NCBI GenBank assembly: GCA_002633005.1
Contig: NMRA01000209.1
Location: 190,950 to 254,949 of the forward strand
Length of the DNA: 64,000 nt
Source: Phoronis australis
Lineage: Eukaryota; Animalia; Phoronida
Direction: 5' to 3'
A program made the position numbers and the translations under genes. Positions 1 through 13,459 of this stretch are shown in pieces (position 1 is the first letter of the stretch; each line of letters begins with the position of its first letter). The notes beneath the pieces were generated by a model. That model did no database searches, was not told the DNA's origin, and saw only the letters and a list, made by a program, of their open reading frames with translations.

Positions 1-3000
1 TGTCGATAAAGACAGAACAGGAGAAAAAAATAATACGTGCTGTCCTCTTACAGCCACCGTACAAATTAATACACACCCAAAACTGTAATTTACGAAATGT
101 TACTATTCGTGACAGCGATGAGACTAGCATTCTTGTTCTCAAGCAGTGAAAACAAAGAAATATTACACCTATCAAGTTGCCGGAGCTTTGCAAATAAGAC
201 TGCTGAAATTCAAAGTAAACCAACTTTTATTTGGGATTATCACATCGAAACGAACCATGACCTTTGTTCCACGAAAATGAAAACAAAAAAAAAACCGGCA
301 ACCGCAGTCTTTAATCAGCCATCGCGGGAAAATTCGACCAGTATCTCCAGAAAAACCGTCTTTGTGAGACGGCTTGATTTTGTTTAAGTTTACAGGTATT
401 TTGCTGATGAAAAAAATGAAAACTTTCTATAGTGATAATTTCAATTCAAAACCAATAAAAAGTGGTAAAAAGATACGATTCACCAATGTTAAAACTCAAT
501 CGATTTCTTGACGAAAAGATAATTCAATCGTTAGGGTTGATCACGAAGTTAGGGTCACGGCGGTTGTTTACCCGAAGGAAAATTCGATACCGTCAACGAT
601 CTTTACCTGGGAAACAAAGTTGTTGTTAATAAATGTTTTGAGAGTCGCCGAGAGACGAACAATGACAAACCCAAGCTCACAGCGTGTAATAACACCGAAT
701 GCATTGTGGCAGTGTTTTGCTTTGGCAACATCGAACCAACACGCTTTGACAAGGCTGCGTAAATCCTCTATTTCAAGTTCCAAAGTCCGAACGCAATGAG
801 TGATCGACAGGTGATGACGCCTTAAAATATCTGTTTCAAACTGGTCACCATTTTAAGGCATCAGTGGCCGATTGCATGAAACAGTCCCAAATAGGCCGCG
901 GTTACTCTAAAAGTTCCTTGAGTCTTCTGCGCGCCGCCGGTGTCTTTTTCAGTCACAAGTTAGTGTTATGTTGTTCTAGCACTATATCTTTTTTGTGAGC
1001 TCCTCTCATCAACGACATTTTGTAACAGTGTATGTGAAAACTGGAGCGTTATTTCAATGAAAATGAACAGAGACCTTTTCATTTCACTTCCCTAATTTAA
1101 GGGCTGGACATGATTATTTTAAATACTGCTGCGGATTTAACGTCGATTTTACTCTCGTTTTGTTTTAAACCTAAAAGCGACTTAGAAATGCGGATAAAAC
1201 GCATTAGAAAGGATAAATCACTTATTGCAAAAATCCACAAGTGCGGTGGAAGTTACGGAACATAGGTGCGTCCGTATTTGGGACTTGTATGCAACCGGCC
1301 ACGAGTGTCATTAAGTGTTACATGTGCATGTAGTTCTTCACAAAGTTCTCAATATATTAATGCGCGATTCACGATTACGACGTGGATTAATACACAAGAC
1401 CCGCAGTGCAGCGTGATATGCGAAGTTCTGCACCTTCAAATTCCGTCGAATGCCTGTGACATGATATGCCGACCGAGAACACACCACGTTTTGTGATGCA
1501 GTCAGTTCACTATTGAGTTTTCCTGAACGTTGTCGATCACTTTTTTGCCCACCTTTGCGTACCGGTGTATTCGGTCTTTTAACCTCCTGTTCACCAATAA
1601 GCGTGATTTTTACACCTCCCGGCAATTACACTAGAAGGCCCTGTTTATACAAACTGTTTTAGTGATACAAACAAACCAATTAATAATAGCGTAAGTCAAA
1701 TAAATGGTCTTGCTGCTGTACGATACATGTTCTTACATAGGGTTGTTCCCATACGGCAAAATATTTCAACGCGTTTAAAGATTGCAAAAAATATTTGTAT
1801 CCTTTCAAATTTTAATGATTAGTTTTTGGAGACTTATTTGTGTCTCCATATGCTTTGTTAAAAGACGCACGGTGCGTTTCAACTGCACCACTTAGAGGGA
1901 AAACTATCTTTTTTACAACTGGAAAAAGGAAATGTTGAAATTATTGTTGGTTGGGGTAGATTTTTTGGAAGTTAATAGCTTTAAGCAGACCTATGAAGCA
2001 ATAGAAGTCCGGCGTGTTTTTATGACTCTATTTCAAATCGCCTATTTTCGCCCTTATCCGCCAGACATTCACTGAAGTCAAAGCCAGGTGACTAACAGTA
2101 CTCAAATGAAGTCGTATGGAGGTCGCAAGCTATTGTTTAAGTTATGAGATCTAGGCGACGGAAGCAAACGCGTCAGGTCGCACGGTTATCGCCTATGGGA
2201 CGCTACCGTAATTTTTTTCCTTAATTTGTTGCGTCTTTGTTTGATATACCAATACAGGTCGCAGATATCGTACCTTGGGCGCACATCAGCCTGTTACCGA
2301 TAAATGCTTACCGTTATCTTTATTATAATAAAGAAAAACAAAGTGAACAATGGATACGCCTATCTACCATTATCTATGCGACGTGTTTGAGACCTAGTTT
2401 CCCGGGGGAATTTTGTGCTTTAGCGAGGAGAGATTTGACTACGAGCGCTAAGGCACACGCTTCGAATTTAAACTAGGCCTAATTTAAGCAAGTCGTTTTT
2501 CGATAATGTCACTTTTAGAAAAAAGCTTCCCCGCATCAATTTCAACTCGCTAAGTCTCGAATGTATTTTTTCAAACTCCACAAAACGTTTTGAACACTGT
2601 GAGTTACGAAGTCTGTCACTAAAACCTAATGTATCGTCCATCGCACGACTACTGTCGGGCCTCACCTCCCAGTAACACGAAGAGCATAGGCAATGGCGTC
2701 ATTGCACTAGTGAAGCTGGTGGAGATGAAACAAAAGAAATCCCTGCAAGCAATTTTGCTAGCTCATTTCACTAAGTAGAAGTTTTGAAACATGGTCAACT
2801 AAGAAAATACCGAACAACTGCATCAATTAAAAAACAAAACTTAGCAGAACCAACTTTGTTTTTTTGCCCAACTTATATTTATGCCTTGAGGGCACATGGT
2901 TTACATGTAGAAATGATTAAATAGTATTGATCATGGTATGGTAATGCTAAAGCTAATGCCAAGACAGCTAGTCATTAGAATTGGCTTGTCGGCCAGTTTT

Positions 3001-3595
3001 GATCGAAGAAGGCCCCTTTCGATTTCACCAGGTTACTGTAGGTTTCAGAAAAGTTGACGAATTTCATCGACTTTGGCTTAGTCGAAACTATAGCCGAAGC
3101 CCTGAGAGTAAACAGGCTATAGATGGCATGAAAATTAGGTGGACTTTTTTGAAAACCGCTACAGGAAAACACTAAAGAGGCCGGTGAATTCCGGCCAAAG
3201 CGCGCCGCCATGGTCGGTAACGGCTGCGACGGCAGCAGCAGCGGCAGTAGCAGCAGCGCCAAGAATAAGAATAAGCTATTTAAGTTGAATTACAGTCAAG
3301 GAGTTAAGCCTTATTTGTGGACAACGCTACTGTGTTCGTTGCATGACTCGTTTGATCTCCCATGTGTACATTTTTGACGGGAGACGGTGTGTTACCCGTT
3401 ATGAAAACCCCCTGGAAAAACAATCAAAGACGCAGATTACGCGTGTCTCAGTGAGATATCGCTATACAAGTGGTCGCACTAGCGTTAGCGACTGTCTTGC
3501 GTTTACGGAACGCATCCATACATACGGCGTAACCGTTTCCACGAATTGCCTGGTGTCAAAGTTTATTCGGCTTTTTAAGCATTCACTTTACAGCT

Positions 3596-3665
3596 TTGTG
3601 AATGATTCAGGGCACGTTGATACAGTTACGTTGTGAATGATTCAGGGCACGTTGATACAGTTACG
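3596..3665. repeat. Perfect 35-bp tandem duplication
   Basis: ttgtgaatgattcagggcacgttgatacagttacg occurs twice (3596-3630, 3631-3665). Confidence 0.95.
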
Positions 3666-6600
3666 TGTTTTGGCAACGTGTAACAATAGTGGGATTCAGG
3701 TAACTTGTTTTTTAGTTTGCTTTGTCTCCTTGGCAACTGCCGGTCATCACAAAATGGCTATTGTTTACAGTTCATTGGGGTTAACAATGGGAGCGGACAA
3801 TACCGACCGGTTCATATTCCAGATCTGAACTAATTTAGGTGCTGGGAAAGTACCTATTTGTTATTTCCTTGTATCCTGTACGTGTATACTCAGCTGTTAG
3901 TCCCAGCGATACATCCCATTGTCTATGTACAAATACATGGGGGCACGGACTATAAAGCTGTTGTAATGAATTCAGTGAAATTAAAGGGAAATAAGCGGTT
4001 ACAATGAAGCATGTCGCATAAAATGCGCAAAATTGAACAAAATTATGTATGTGCGCGAGATTATCTCAGACCACATTTCAACAGCCGTTCGGGCTTTTTC
4101 ATCAAAAAGACTTCCATTTTCTTTCGCAAAATCTGCTTTACACTCGACTGTTGAAGCACATGACCTTCAGGTACAACCTTACTCGCAAGCTCATTTTGCC
4201 CGGCATGCAATTTTAGAGTTCAGACATGAGGTCCAAAAACTCAGTACTCCGGTAATAGTTGACCAAAAACTGCATAGGTTGGTAGTTACCATTATCAGAA
4301 TCTTGGGTTTTCAAAGCGGATTTGACCCAGGTTTTGGAGAACTGGTTATGCCGACTGTGAGAGACCTTTCGAAACTTTGTGAGACTACACTTGAAACATC
4401 ATAATTATTTTAAAAATAATTTAAGGATTACACTTAAAATCAATCAAACTAACCACGAATGTGAAGCTATTTTTGGAAGACGCGGCTACTGTCCGTGCAA
4501 GTAAACAACGTTGTTCCAATGGTCGATTGCGTCCTTAAATCTTTTATTTAGGTTACTCCTCTTTTTGTCAAATACAGTTGGGAGATTAACCTTTTGCTTT
4601 TTACGCCGGCTTTGATCAGCACCGACATACCACCCGCGCCCGACGTACGGTTTTCTTAGCGCCAAAAAACAGATGAGTTGCGCAGTATAGTTTTTTTGAT
4701 CCGCTGTTGAATATACGTCCCCCGGCAATTTCGTTAAAAATTGTCCTCTATTTGGTTGTCTGAACAATTTTTAGTTTTGTTCTGCCCGTGAAGGCTGCGA
4801 ATGTATGATTTTTTAGTCTGTTCTGATTGCTAGGTGTTGACCCCTAGACCCACTTTTGCTCAGTCGTGGCTTTTCCTAAACCTTTGCTGCTTGCAACCCA
4901 GTGGTCGAAATTGAGTAAGAAATTAAAGGTACCCTTCATAATCTTTGAATTTGTAAAACAATATGACTGTTCCGGTCTACCCCTACCTTTTCACCTCATT
5001 TCTATAATCTGGAGGTTTAGCAGTCTGAATTCATTGTCTTTTAGTTCGAATGGTGGATTTTGGGCCTGATAAGTGCTGAGTTGGTTTATTTTTGTTCCTT
5101 TTTAAGTAGCTGGCTGCACTTCCGGTGTTCGTAAACATGAAAAAATTGACAGCTTCTATAGGCTTTGTGCAAGATTTTCGAAGTCTTCAACTCATATTTT
5201 TAAGTTAATTGCACAGTCACCCTGTGGAACAGAGTGTTGGAGCTGGTATTCTTCAAAACAGCATAGACCAAAAACAGCGGCAAAACTGCTAGTGCCATCT
5301 GATGTGGCCGCCACCTCCCACTTCATGTAACTTTGGAGGCCTTTGTGAGGATAGGCCATTTGTAACAAAATCTTGCATACAAAACAAATTGTCCTGTTTT
5401 AAAGCTCTATTCAAAGCAGAATATGACTGAATGCGTTCATCATATTCTATGGTAGTACCCAAAATAATGCTTTTTTTTCTTGCGTGTCCTTGAGAAGAAA
5501 GAATTGTTGAAAAGAGAAACGAATTAGAAAATGTTTCTTTGCGAAATAAATTAGTGTTTTTTTTTCCAGATATTTTGCAAAACCTTCGTTTTGATAGTTG
5601 CTTTGGTTGATTTCCAAATATTCGGCATTTTAAATGGATTTATTACACTTCATTATTATTTATGATGCCCGTGAACGATGACAGATGAAAAATTAAGATG
5701 TTTTATTTCAGTGGTCAAGAGTTCAGCGCTGTAGCATAGATGACTGTCAGGAATGAAGGACACGATTTTGTAGATGCAGTGAACGACATTCCACTCGTGA
5801 TATATTTTGAAAATTTCACCTGTTGTCGACGAGCTGCTGTCTTTTAGTCTCAGTTAAATGACGCACGTGCGAGTTGTTCCGGGTATAATTTGGGAGGGCC
5901 GAGCTAACGCGCGTAGAATGTGCAACAGTCGGTTTTCATTACTACACGTAGTATCCGTAACCGAAACAACAAACAAAATGTCAGTGAATGGGAAGCAAGA
6001 ATTTTAGGACTCAAAATTAGGTCCCGATTTCAGAGTCACCAGTTCTGCGTTAGGTACATTTGCGCAAGGAAAACGTTTGACCAATCGCATAACGTTCTGA
6101 GATATCACCAGTCAAAGATGCTCCATCAGTGCTTAAAGATTTGAATCGAAAAAGGACAGAGAAAATAACATGACACCGCAAAGCACATTTAAATTAAACA
6201 TAATTCTGAGGTCACGTAGGCCAATTATCCGATAGGCATGCTTTTTCCTACAGTGGTATCTGTTCCCAACCAATTTGGATAATTCAATTTCAACGTGAAG
6301 CCCAACAGAGTTCGCCCCACGTGAGGAAGTACGACTCCAGTCGTGTTTCCGTATCGGACACCAAAATCACCATGTAAACGCAGCGGTGTCGAAACGAGAA
6401 CAAACCGGTTGTATATACGGAACGACATCAACCCGATTTCAGTGAACTGTAAATAGGGAATGAAAGCCTATGCTGTTTGTTCAGCAAAGATAGTGAATGG
6501 GTTGTCGCTGGGAGCAATGGTCCCGCCCTGGCTTAGTGTGTATTCATTCCAATCAGTTCCCGACTTTTTAGCCGACGGTGATAAAAGTGTTTACTGTTTA

Positions 6601-9164
6601 CCGGGAAGAAATCATATTATGACGTTTAATTTAATCTCTGGCGCATTCTGTTTACAATCTAATTTATTGTTAATTGACCTTTATTGTCCGTATCACATGC
6701 ACCATAAAGCTAAAGTACAAAAGATAAACACTGTTCGTTTTTAATTTACTATGTTCTCGTTGAGACATTTTGTGCTATAGAAACCGCTACCGGTCAATCA
6801 TATACCTTTAGAGACGAATGCGTGTTTTCAGTTATTTTATCCATTATCTTTTAACTCATGTCGCGGGCTCATCACGCGCGCTTAACTGCAAGAGAACGTA
6901 ACTAGGCAACGAACAAATGTTAACCGCACCACTAGACGCTGTGTAGCAACTCGAGCGATAACAGATAAACACGGGACCAAAATTATTATTCGGAACCGTT
7001 TGTTAAATACAACAATCGTCCGGGTAACGAAGATTACTCAATGCTTTAAGCACTTAGAGAGATGGTTGCGGTGTTGTCGCTAAGGAACGCTTAGCAACCG
7101 AGCTTAGCTCAACACCGGTCCTTTGTGAACTTTAGATTTTATCGATAGTTTACGAACAAAGCTTGTTATATCACGGAGTGTGTGTTCCTGTGACGAGCCA
7201 CTTGTTCGCCCTTTGTAATAGGGTTTCACTAAAGAGCATGAGGGTCGCTTGAAGCTTCAACGTACCTGTGGCTGTGTGGAAGATTTCGGCGAGTCCGCTC
7301 GATTGATATTACGTATTATTGGCCAGGTGGGAGTTCTGGGCACCTAAATAAGCCGTGATTAACTGTTCGGAAACAAGACATTGCGGGACGTTAGTGTGAT
7401 AAGTCGAATGAAGTTTTGTGCATTTGACAAGGTGAGTCATTTTCACTTTCGTCGGATGGCTGGGACTCGAGCACACACATGGCCAGTCTTCTGAGATGAT
7501 TACGGTTTTAGCGATTAACTTGAGCAATCTAATGAGTCGCAGACGGCTGCTAATGAAAGAATGATCTGATACTCGATGGAGCTGCATTATTTTTCTCCTA
7601 ATCTTTTAGTGTGATGATGGACATAAACTGTTTTTACGCTGTTTGAACAATTCGTTTAAGAAATTGTGGGCGTTAATTGATCTGCCGTCCAACTACATGT
7701 TAAGTCACATAATGTTAATTAATAACACGTGGTTAAGAACTGACATTCTTTCGCATAGTGGTGAGCAAAGGAATTTATGACGGCATGGCTAAAGCACCGA
7801 GGACTTCGTAGCACAAGTGAAAAAATGCAATCCTTTATAGTCGTCAAAGTTACACGGGTACTCCTGAGACCATTTTTAATCAAGCCCTCGCAGTGTCCGG
7901 GCAAAAGGTATAACTTGCCCGAGGTATTCTCTTTTCGCGCCTCCCTGCTCAAATTACAAAATCCCTTGAAAATTGAGTGCACGCTTCACTTGTCTTGGTC
8001 TACATCTTTGGTAGCACACGAGAAGCTTGAATTGATTTTGTGATGGACACGTTCCAGGTTATTTCAGTGAGAAAGTTATTCAGCAATTTTGGTTCTGATA
8101 AGAGTCAATGATTGGCGTCGTCATGGCATAGATAAGCTATTTTACATGTACTTTAGTGAGAGGGAGTTCTTGTTTTCCAACAGCACGTCTAAATACAAGG
8201 CGTTAGGGTTTGCAATATTGTCGAATTTATACCTGCTTCCGCGAGCTGAATTGTCGGCGAGAATTTAAACAGGTTTAAGGGAAGTTAGACACTTTGAATT
8301 TTGAAATGTTGGGACTTCATGCCTCACGTAATAGTCAGAAAACTGAACTTCCATGGTGGGGTACACCGGTACATGTACCGAATTTCGGCCCTAAATTTTG
8401 TTATTTTAAGTGCGCGCAGCACGCTACGCAACACTATTTCACGCGGGATTTAAGCAGAATTTAAACGTAGGTACAATTATAATCACTGGTCAGCGTAAAA
8501 TTTTGAAAATATTGCATAAATTGGAAATACTTGAGATTTGCCTTTCGTCTTAGAGACTGGGAGAACTTGCAGAAATACTCCGGATTATCTGGAAGATTGA
8601 TCTCCCCTGCATGAGCAGCAGTGCTCGAATGCACGTAGATGGCATGGGACGAGTGACAAGCCTGAGGACTTGACGAAATGTAGCCGCACGGACGTCAGCT
8701 GTTTGGATGATTACTTTAAACATCGTGTGGAATATGGAATAGAACACAAAGCTGTTTCTCAAAATCGTCCTGCAGTACACTGGTGGCCAGGTCGAAGGAA
8801 TAAATATAGGAATAAATATAGCTTCGCCCCTCTCTCGTGCTGATATAAACAATAGCGCGACCATGACAGGCTCGTGGTACAAGTCTTAGAACTGTACACA
8901 TCATTATGCATTAATTAACAATGTTCTTGCTACTTTTTATTGCGTAACCCTTGCTCTGATATTAGACCCTATAACTCTGACGTCGTAGTGCGGTCACTTG
9001 AGGACAAAAGTCAATAATTAATTTAAATTGTATTAATTTATTAAATAAATATCTATCTCATTCCACATGTGTAGAATCAGAAATAGTATGTCGTTGCTGT
9101 GGCGAACTAAACTTACTACATTGTCTCTAATCAATAAAGAGCGATATCTGTATTAGTACCAAGG

Positions 9165-9204
9165 CCAATCGACGGGGTCACGTGAACATTGTTTCCATGG
9201 TTAC
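9165..9204. promoter_or_regulatory. Promoter-like motif cluster: CCAAT, E-box CACGTG, RFX X-box
   Basis: ccaat 9165-9169, cacgtg 9179-9184 and gtttccatggttac 9191-9204 (X-box consensus on the - strand) lie within 40 bp. Function untested. Confidence 0.35.
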
Positions 9205-11315
9205 AGTGACTTCTTTCGGCTACTATCAATTATTCATGTACTCAAAACAAATGCATGTAGCGTTGAACAGTTATTCAATAATTCACGCAAGAGATTCATG
9301 TAGTCTTAGTCTTTAACCAGGGGAAGAGATTGGAAAGCACAAAATCTGAAAAGAGAAATCGAAAGCTCACTTGAGATGAATCGCGTTGGCGATACTAATC
9401 GCATCGCTTCGATGCTCAATGTTGCCACTAGGGTTGCTCGATAACCTTAAAGTGATTTTCGCCGAATTTTCAGTCGTGAAGTAGGAGTGGAATACAGCGT
9501 TTTGTGCTAAAGAGTTGAAAGTCTTTTGTTAACTGGCTAAAACAAAATTTGGCTTTATTTTACCATGCACTGTACACGCAAATCCAACGGCACTCGCATA
9601 TAACTATAGCTGCTTCACTTATGTAAGTAAAATTATGCCCAAAAGCAAAAGCTAGATCTATTAATGTCGTATATTTTTCATATTACCGAACAAAATTACT
9701 TACAGTTTTCCAAATAGCAAGAAAATATTAAACCTATGGGTTTCCGAATTTTTCGCTCAAAACAGTTGTGGCACATGTTTAGTTTTGCACGACAGAATAG
9801 CTGAATAAAAGTTCGTTCGGCATTGTTCCTACTCTAAGAACCGACGTATTCTAATCGCAGTGAATACGTTTGGCACATACTTGCCATTTAACTCAACAGC
9901 GTGACTTGGTAAACATCAATCATCGATCGATCAGGGATTATTGGACTTATGTTATGTACAGCCTAATTAAACACTAACCCGTGAATGGGACACACCTAAC
10001 ATCAAGAAACAGACCACCCTTCTTCCCAAATTGAACAAAACTGTCAGAAAGAATACAGCCAATCAAAAGATCATTTCTGAAAAACATGGTATGGACTAAC
10101 TTACCCACAATGCATCAAACACTTGGGTCATGTTGCTGCTTTGCATTAGGGTGTTAGAATCTTGAATAGACTAAATATATTTCAAGACAAAACAAGGCGA
10201 GATTGTGAAAATTTCAATGCGCCCGTTGACCCGAGATAAGCAATCATAGTGCGTGAATGATTTTCTTAGCGTCAATGACCCGGGCCTCCTCCCAAAGCTA
10301 GCTCTGCAATCCTTTGTTTTGTTTCAAACGTACTGTGTACCAACTGCCCATGTAAAACGAAAATGTCATTGCAATTGTTAAATAACCCAGTTGTTCATAA
10401 AATGCTTCCATAGCTTTCCGTTCTTTATTTCTGAAACAACGATTTTTTGTTCTATTTGTAAAATTTAACTGTTTGAGGCTTGTTGGCTGCGTCATCAATC
10501 TCCGTTGTTCTTTTTTATTTAATTGCACAGATTTCAAGGCCTGTGACTTACCCAGTTAAAATACCGTGCTATTCATCGAGTGGAGTTTAGTTCCGCCATC
10601 TGGTGGATAGAGGAAGCGGGGCCCGCAATTTCGAAACCGCGCTTGGCTCTGACCTCGCCGCTAATACATGTATCGCGTTGCAAACGTCAACCATCCGACT
10701 ATTCCCCGGCTTTACGAATTCTGCTACACGGATTCCACTCTGTAACATTCAGTCGATCAAAATCGGTGACCGCTAAGAGTGCTACACGTGCATTGCACGC
10801 TACCGGTTTTGGGTGGAGATTTGCGGTAGCCGCCTAGCCGGTTTGGATGGTCAGATTCCACGATATTTAATTCGCGTCTGTACGAAGTAGCTGACATTAT
10901 GGTCGCGTGTATTACCTAAAGTTTATTTACCATTGACAAATAGAAGTGCGAGTCAGATTAAATTGATCACGCCGTTGTCATGCACACCAAAGTAGTCTGC
11001 GACCGAATTTAGTTAAAGTTTATTAGCAAGACTTTCGTTTTAAAATGTACATAGTTCAGTTCGAGGTTTTTACCTTTAACTAATTACTTTTGCAATGTCA
11101 ATTAAATTGTGATGATACGCTTTTACTCGCTTTTCATGTTGGTGGTTTTAAAAGCATTTCCCGTTTCGATTTCTTGCAGATCTACAGTACCTGTTTCGTT
11201 TGCGCTTGTTCTCTGAACCACTTTTAAAATACAATGTTGAACTGGTCGAATGTGTCAATTTGTGTGTAGTTTTTTATACATGAATTCTGGTGACTCAACA
11301 TACATGATTAAATTT

Positions 11316-11455
11316 CAGGTGCAGATCCTGGATTTTGTAAATAGAGGAGGGGGTCGGATCAAGGATTTTTTTAAAAAGATCGGCGAAGTCAACAATTTGA
11401 AAATTCTAGGTTTGATATCTTAAAACCACCCTTGACCCCCCTGGATCCGCCTATG
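11316..11455. mobile_element. MITE with caggtgcagatcc...ggatccgcctatg TIRs and 5-bp TSD
   Basis: Imperfect terminal inverted repeats; AATTT duplicated at 11311-11315 and 11456-11460. Related ends (agatccgccactg) at about 55178-55190 and 62621-62633. Confidence 0.7.
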
Positions 11456-13459
11456 AATTTGCGGAAAAATGAAATCATGTCGCCAATATACTGGTGTTTG
11501 TTCGCCGTGGTTGAAACATTTTCGTTCCGTGAGTTTAGTTGATATTTACCACGGCTTCGTTGTTTGTTGGAATTGGCGTTTAGAAGACTCTAGGTGGAAC
11601 TTTGAGGGTTGGCCAAGGATTTTTTTCCACCCCTTGATTTAGCTGCATCTTTTTTCGGTCGATACGGTGAAGATCGGGTGTAGTGGTCTTAGTATACTGC
11701 CATGGATTCGCATAACGCCATCCACATGCGTTTCAACCTGGCTCCATGACGATCGCTCGGCAACAATATTAGAAATATTAGATACGCAAGTGGAAAACAA
11801 TTTTGTTTGCATGGTCGCTTGGCACCGCTATCACAAAATCGCCATAAAAATTCTAGTATCCGCGCAGTGAATCGTTTGCCCTACCAAGTGTAATCATTGA
11901 AGTGTTACCGGGGATTCTGACATAGGTGTTGTAGACGGGACGTGCCGCTCGCAAGAAGTCTTTTTACGGCGCCTTACCTGCCTGCGCCAGGGTGTCATTT
12001 CTGGGTTAAATTTATTACCATTGAAGTGTTCATTTTGGGATTGATAAACCCTTGTTAGGGCGTCTTTTGTAATAAATAGTGCAGTAGGATTTTTAGGGTT
12101 TTGTAGAGACAAAAGGTTGCCAGGTATACAAACTTTCCAAAAAACAAATAGTGATGTACCCCATCCCCCATGCGAATGATTCAAATTTTATTAGCCGAAC
12201 GTGAAAGTCTTGGCATCTAAATTTATAACTGCTGCAGTTGGTTTGCTGTCCTTTGTAGTTTCTTTATATTTTGGACAAAGGTCTGGCCTGAAAGGTCCTT
12301 TGTGCTCTTTTGTGTAGGTTACGTTTCCGCGGGCAACGATAGCTGACGACGTGACAGGTTTGAGGTGAATGTTTTGGCCATTATCTCTTGATAGGCGGAG
12401 TTTTTCACGTAGCTCAAATGACACCAGCTACATAAGGGTCGACTTTATAGTCGGCATAAGGAAGTCTATTAAACGAGAGTACCAGCCGTCACGGGTCGAC
12501 TTCTTGTACTGTCAGCTTTTGAGGACTCCCGCTTTCACAAGTTAGAGTCGTGAAAGGAGGTGGATAATTTTATCATAGATCTTGCCATATGGGCGATTCG
12601 ATATCTTCGCAAGTCACCAGAACTCAAGTATACCAGGAAACAATTCTCGCTCACTTCTAGTGACTCGTGACCCGAAACCACCTGCGGCTGTCGATTGGAT
12701 CGACATGAAAGTTATACACATCTCTTGAGTTGTCTTATCTAATCCTAATATTCGTCAAATGATTTCCGAGCAAACGCCCACAGAACCGAATCTCAGACGT
12801 TGACCTAAGATGATCTTCAGGGCGGATTAATTCTTGCAAAAACTGCGGCTGAGAAAGTTACCGTATAAAAAAATTGTGTGTCCCACTGTCTTGTCGGTCA
12901 TCAAAACGTTCTAATGTTGAAGCGGAGGTTCAAATAAAGACAATAAGAATGAGACGCCATTAAACCAAACACTTATCTACATGTATAAACGCCATTATGA
13001 TCACAGCATAACATTCGAAAAGAAATAAATTCGTCACATTTCTCGACTGCTCTTTTGTTGCGCGCCCAACAATTAAATCGAAACTGTGACTAGCTTGGTT
13101 GTTGTTCAAACACCAGCATCAGATGTTCGAACAGAGTTTGTGGGATATTTGCTCCCGTCCATGTACGAAAGAATCGCTTGACACATGACTGGCCTACAAT
13201 CACCCCTTTTCCCTATCTAAGAAAGGAATGGTTTCGTTTCCTTGAGTATGGCCTGTGCTTTCGCGAAGTCGCCTACCGTCAATTCATTGTTTTCATGAGG
13301 TGCTTAGTGATAGTTACGTTTTTACGAGTTAGCGTTTGTCATTTCACACGGATGGGCTGATTTCAATAAGTACATTGTTTGTATGAGCGACTAGATATGC
13401 CTTCACATCGTTGATTTGATAACTGTTTGTGACTTCATTTTTTTCTCGTTACAGAAAAA

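Noticed and set aside
541-800. Open frames on both strands, one with KENSIPSTIFTW (THAP AVPTIF-like); also a partial complement to the 3' half of miR-125
   Set aside because: No C2CH zinc ligands or convincing splice/start signals; the miRNA similarity excludes the seed and I saw no hairpin.
1738-2210. Possible TIR element (tagggttgttcccata ... tatgggacgctaccgta)
   Set aside because: TIR match is too degenerate and there is no clear TSD or second copy in the window.
3596-3665. CRISPR-like repeats (also the MITE dimers)
   Set aside because: Only two adjacent units, no spacers, no cas genes, and a eukaryotic context.
4486-5070. Minus-strand coding-like stretch
   Set aside because: Multiple stops and no recognisable domain; at most an unidentifiable relic.
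11894-12500. Two adjacent minus-strand ORFs and two gggtcgactt motifs reminiscent of Tc1/mariner MITE ends
   Set aside because: No transposase motif, matching TIR or TSD could be identified.
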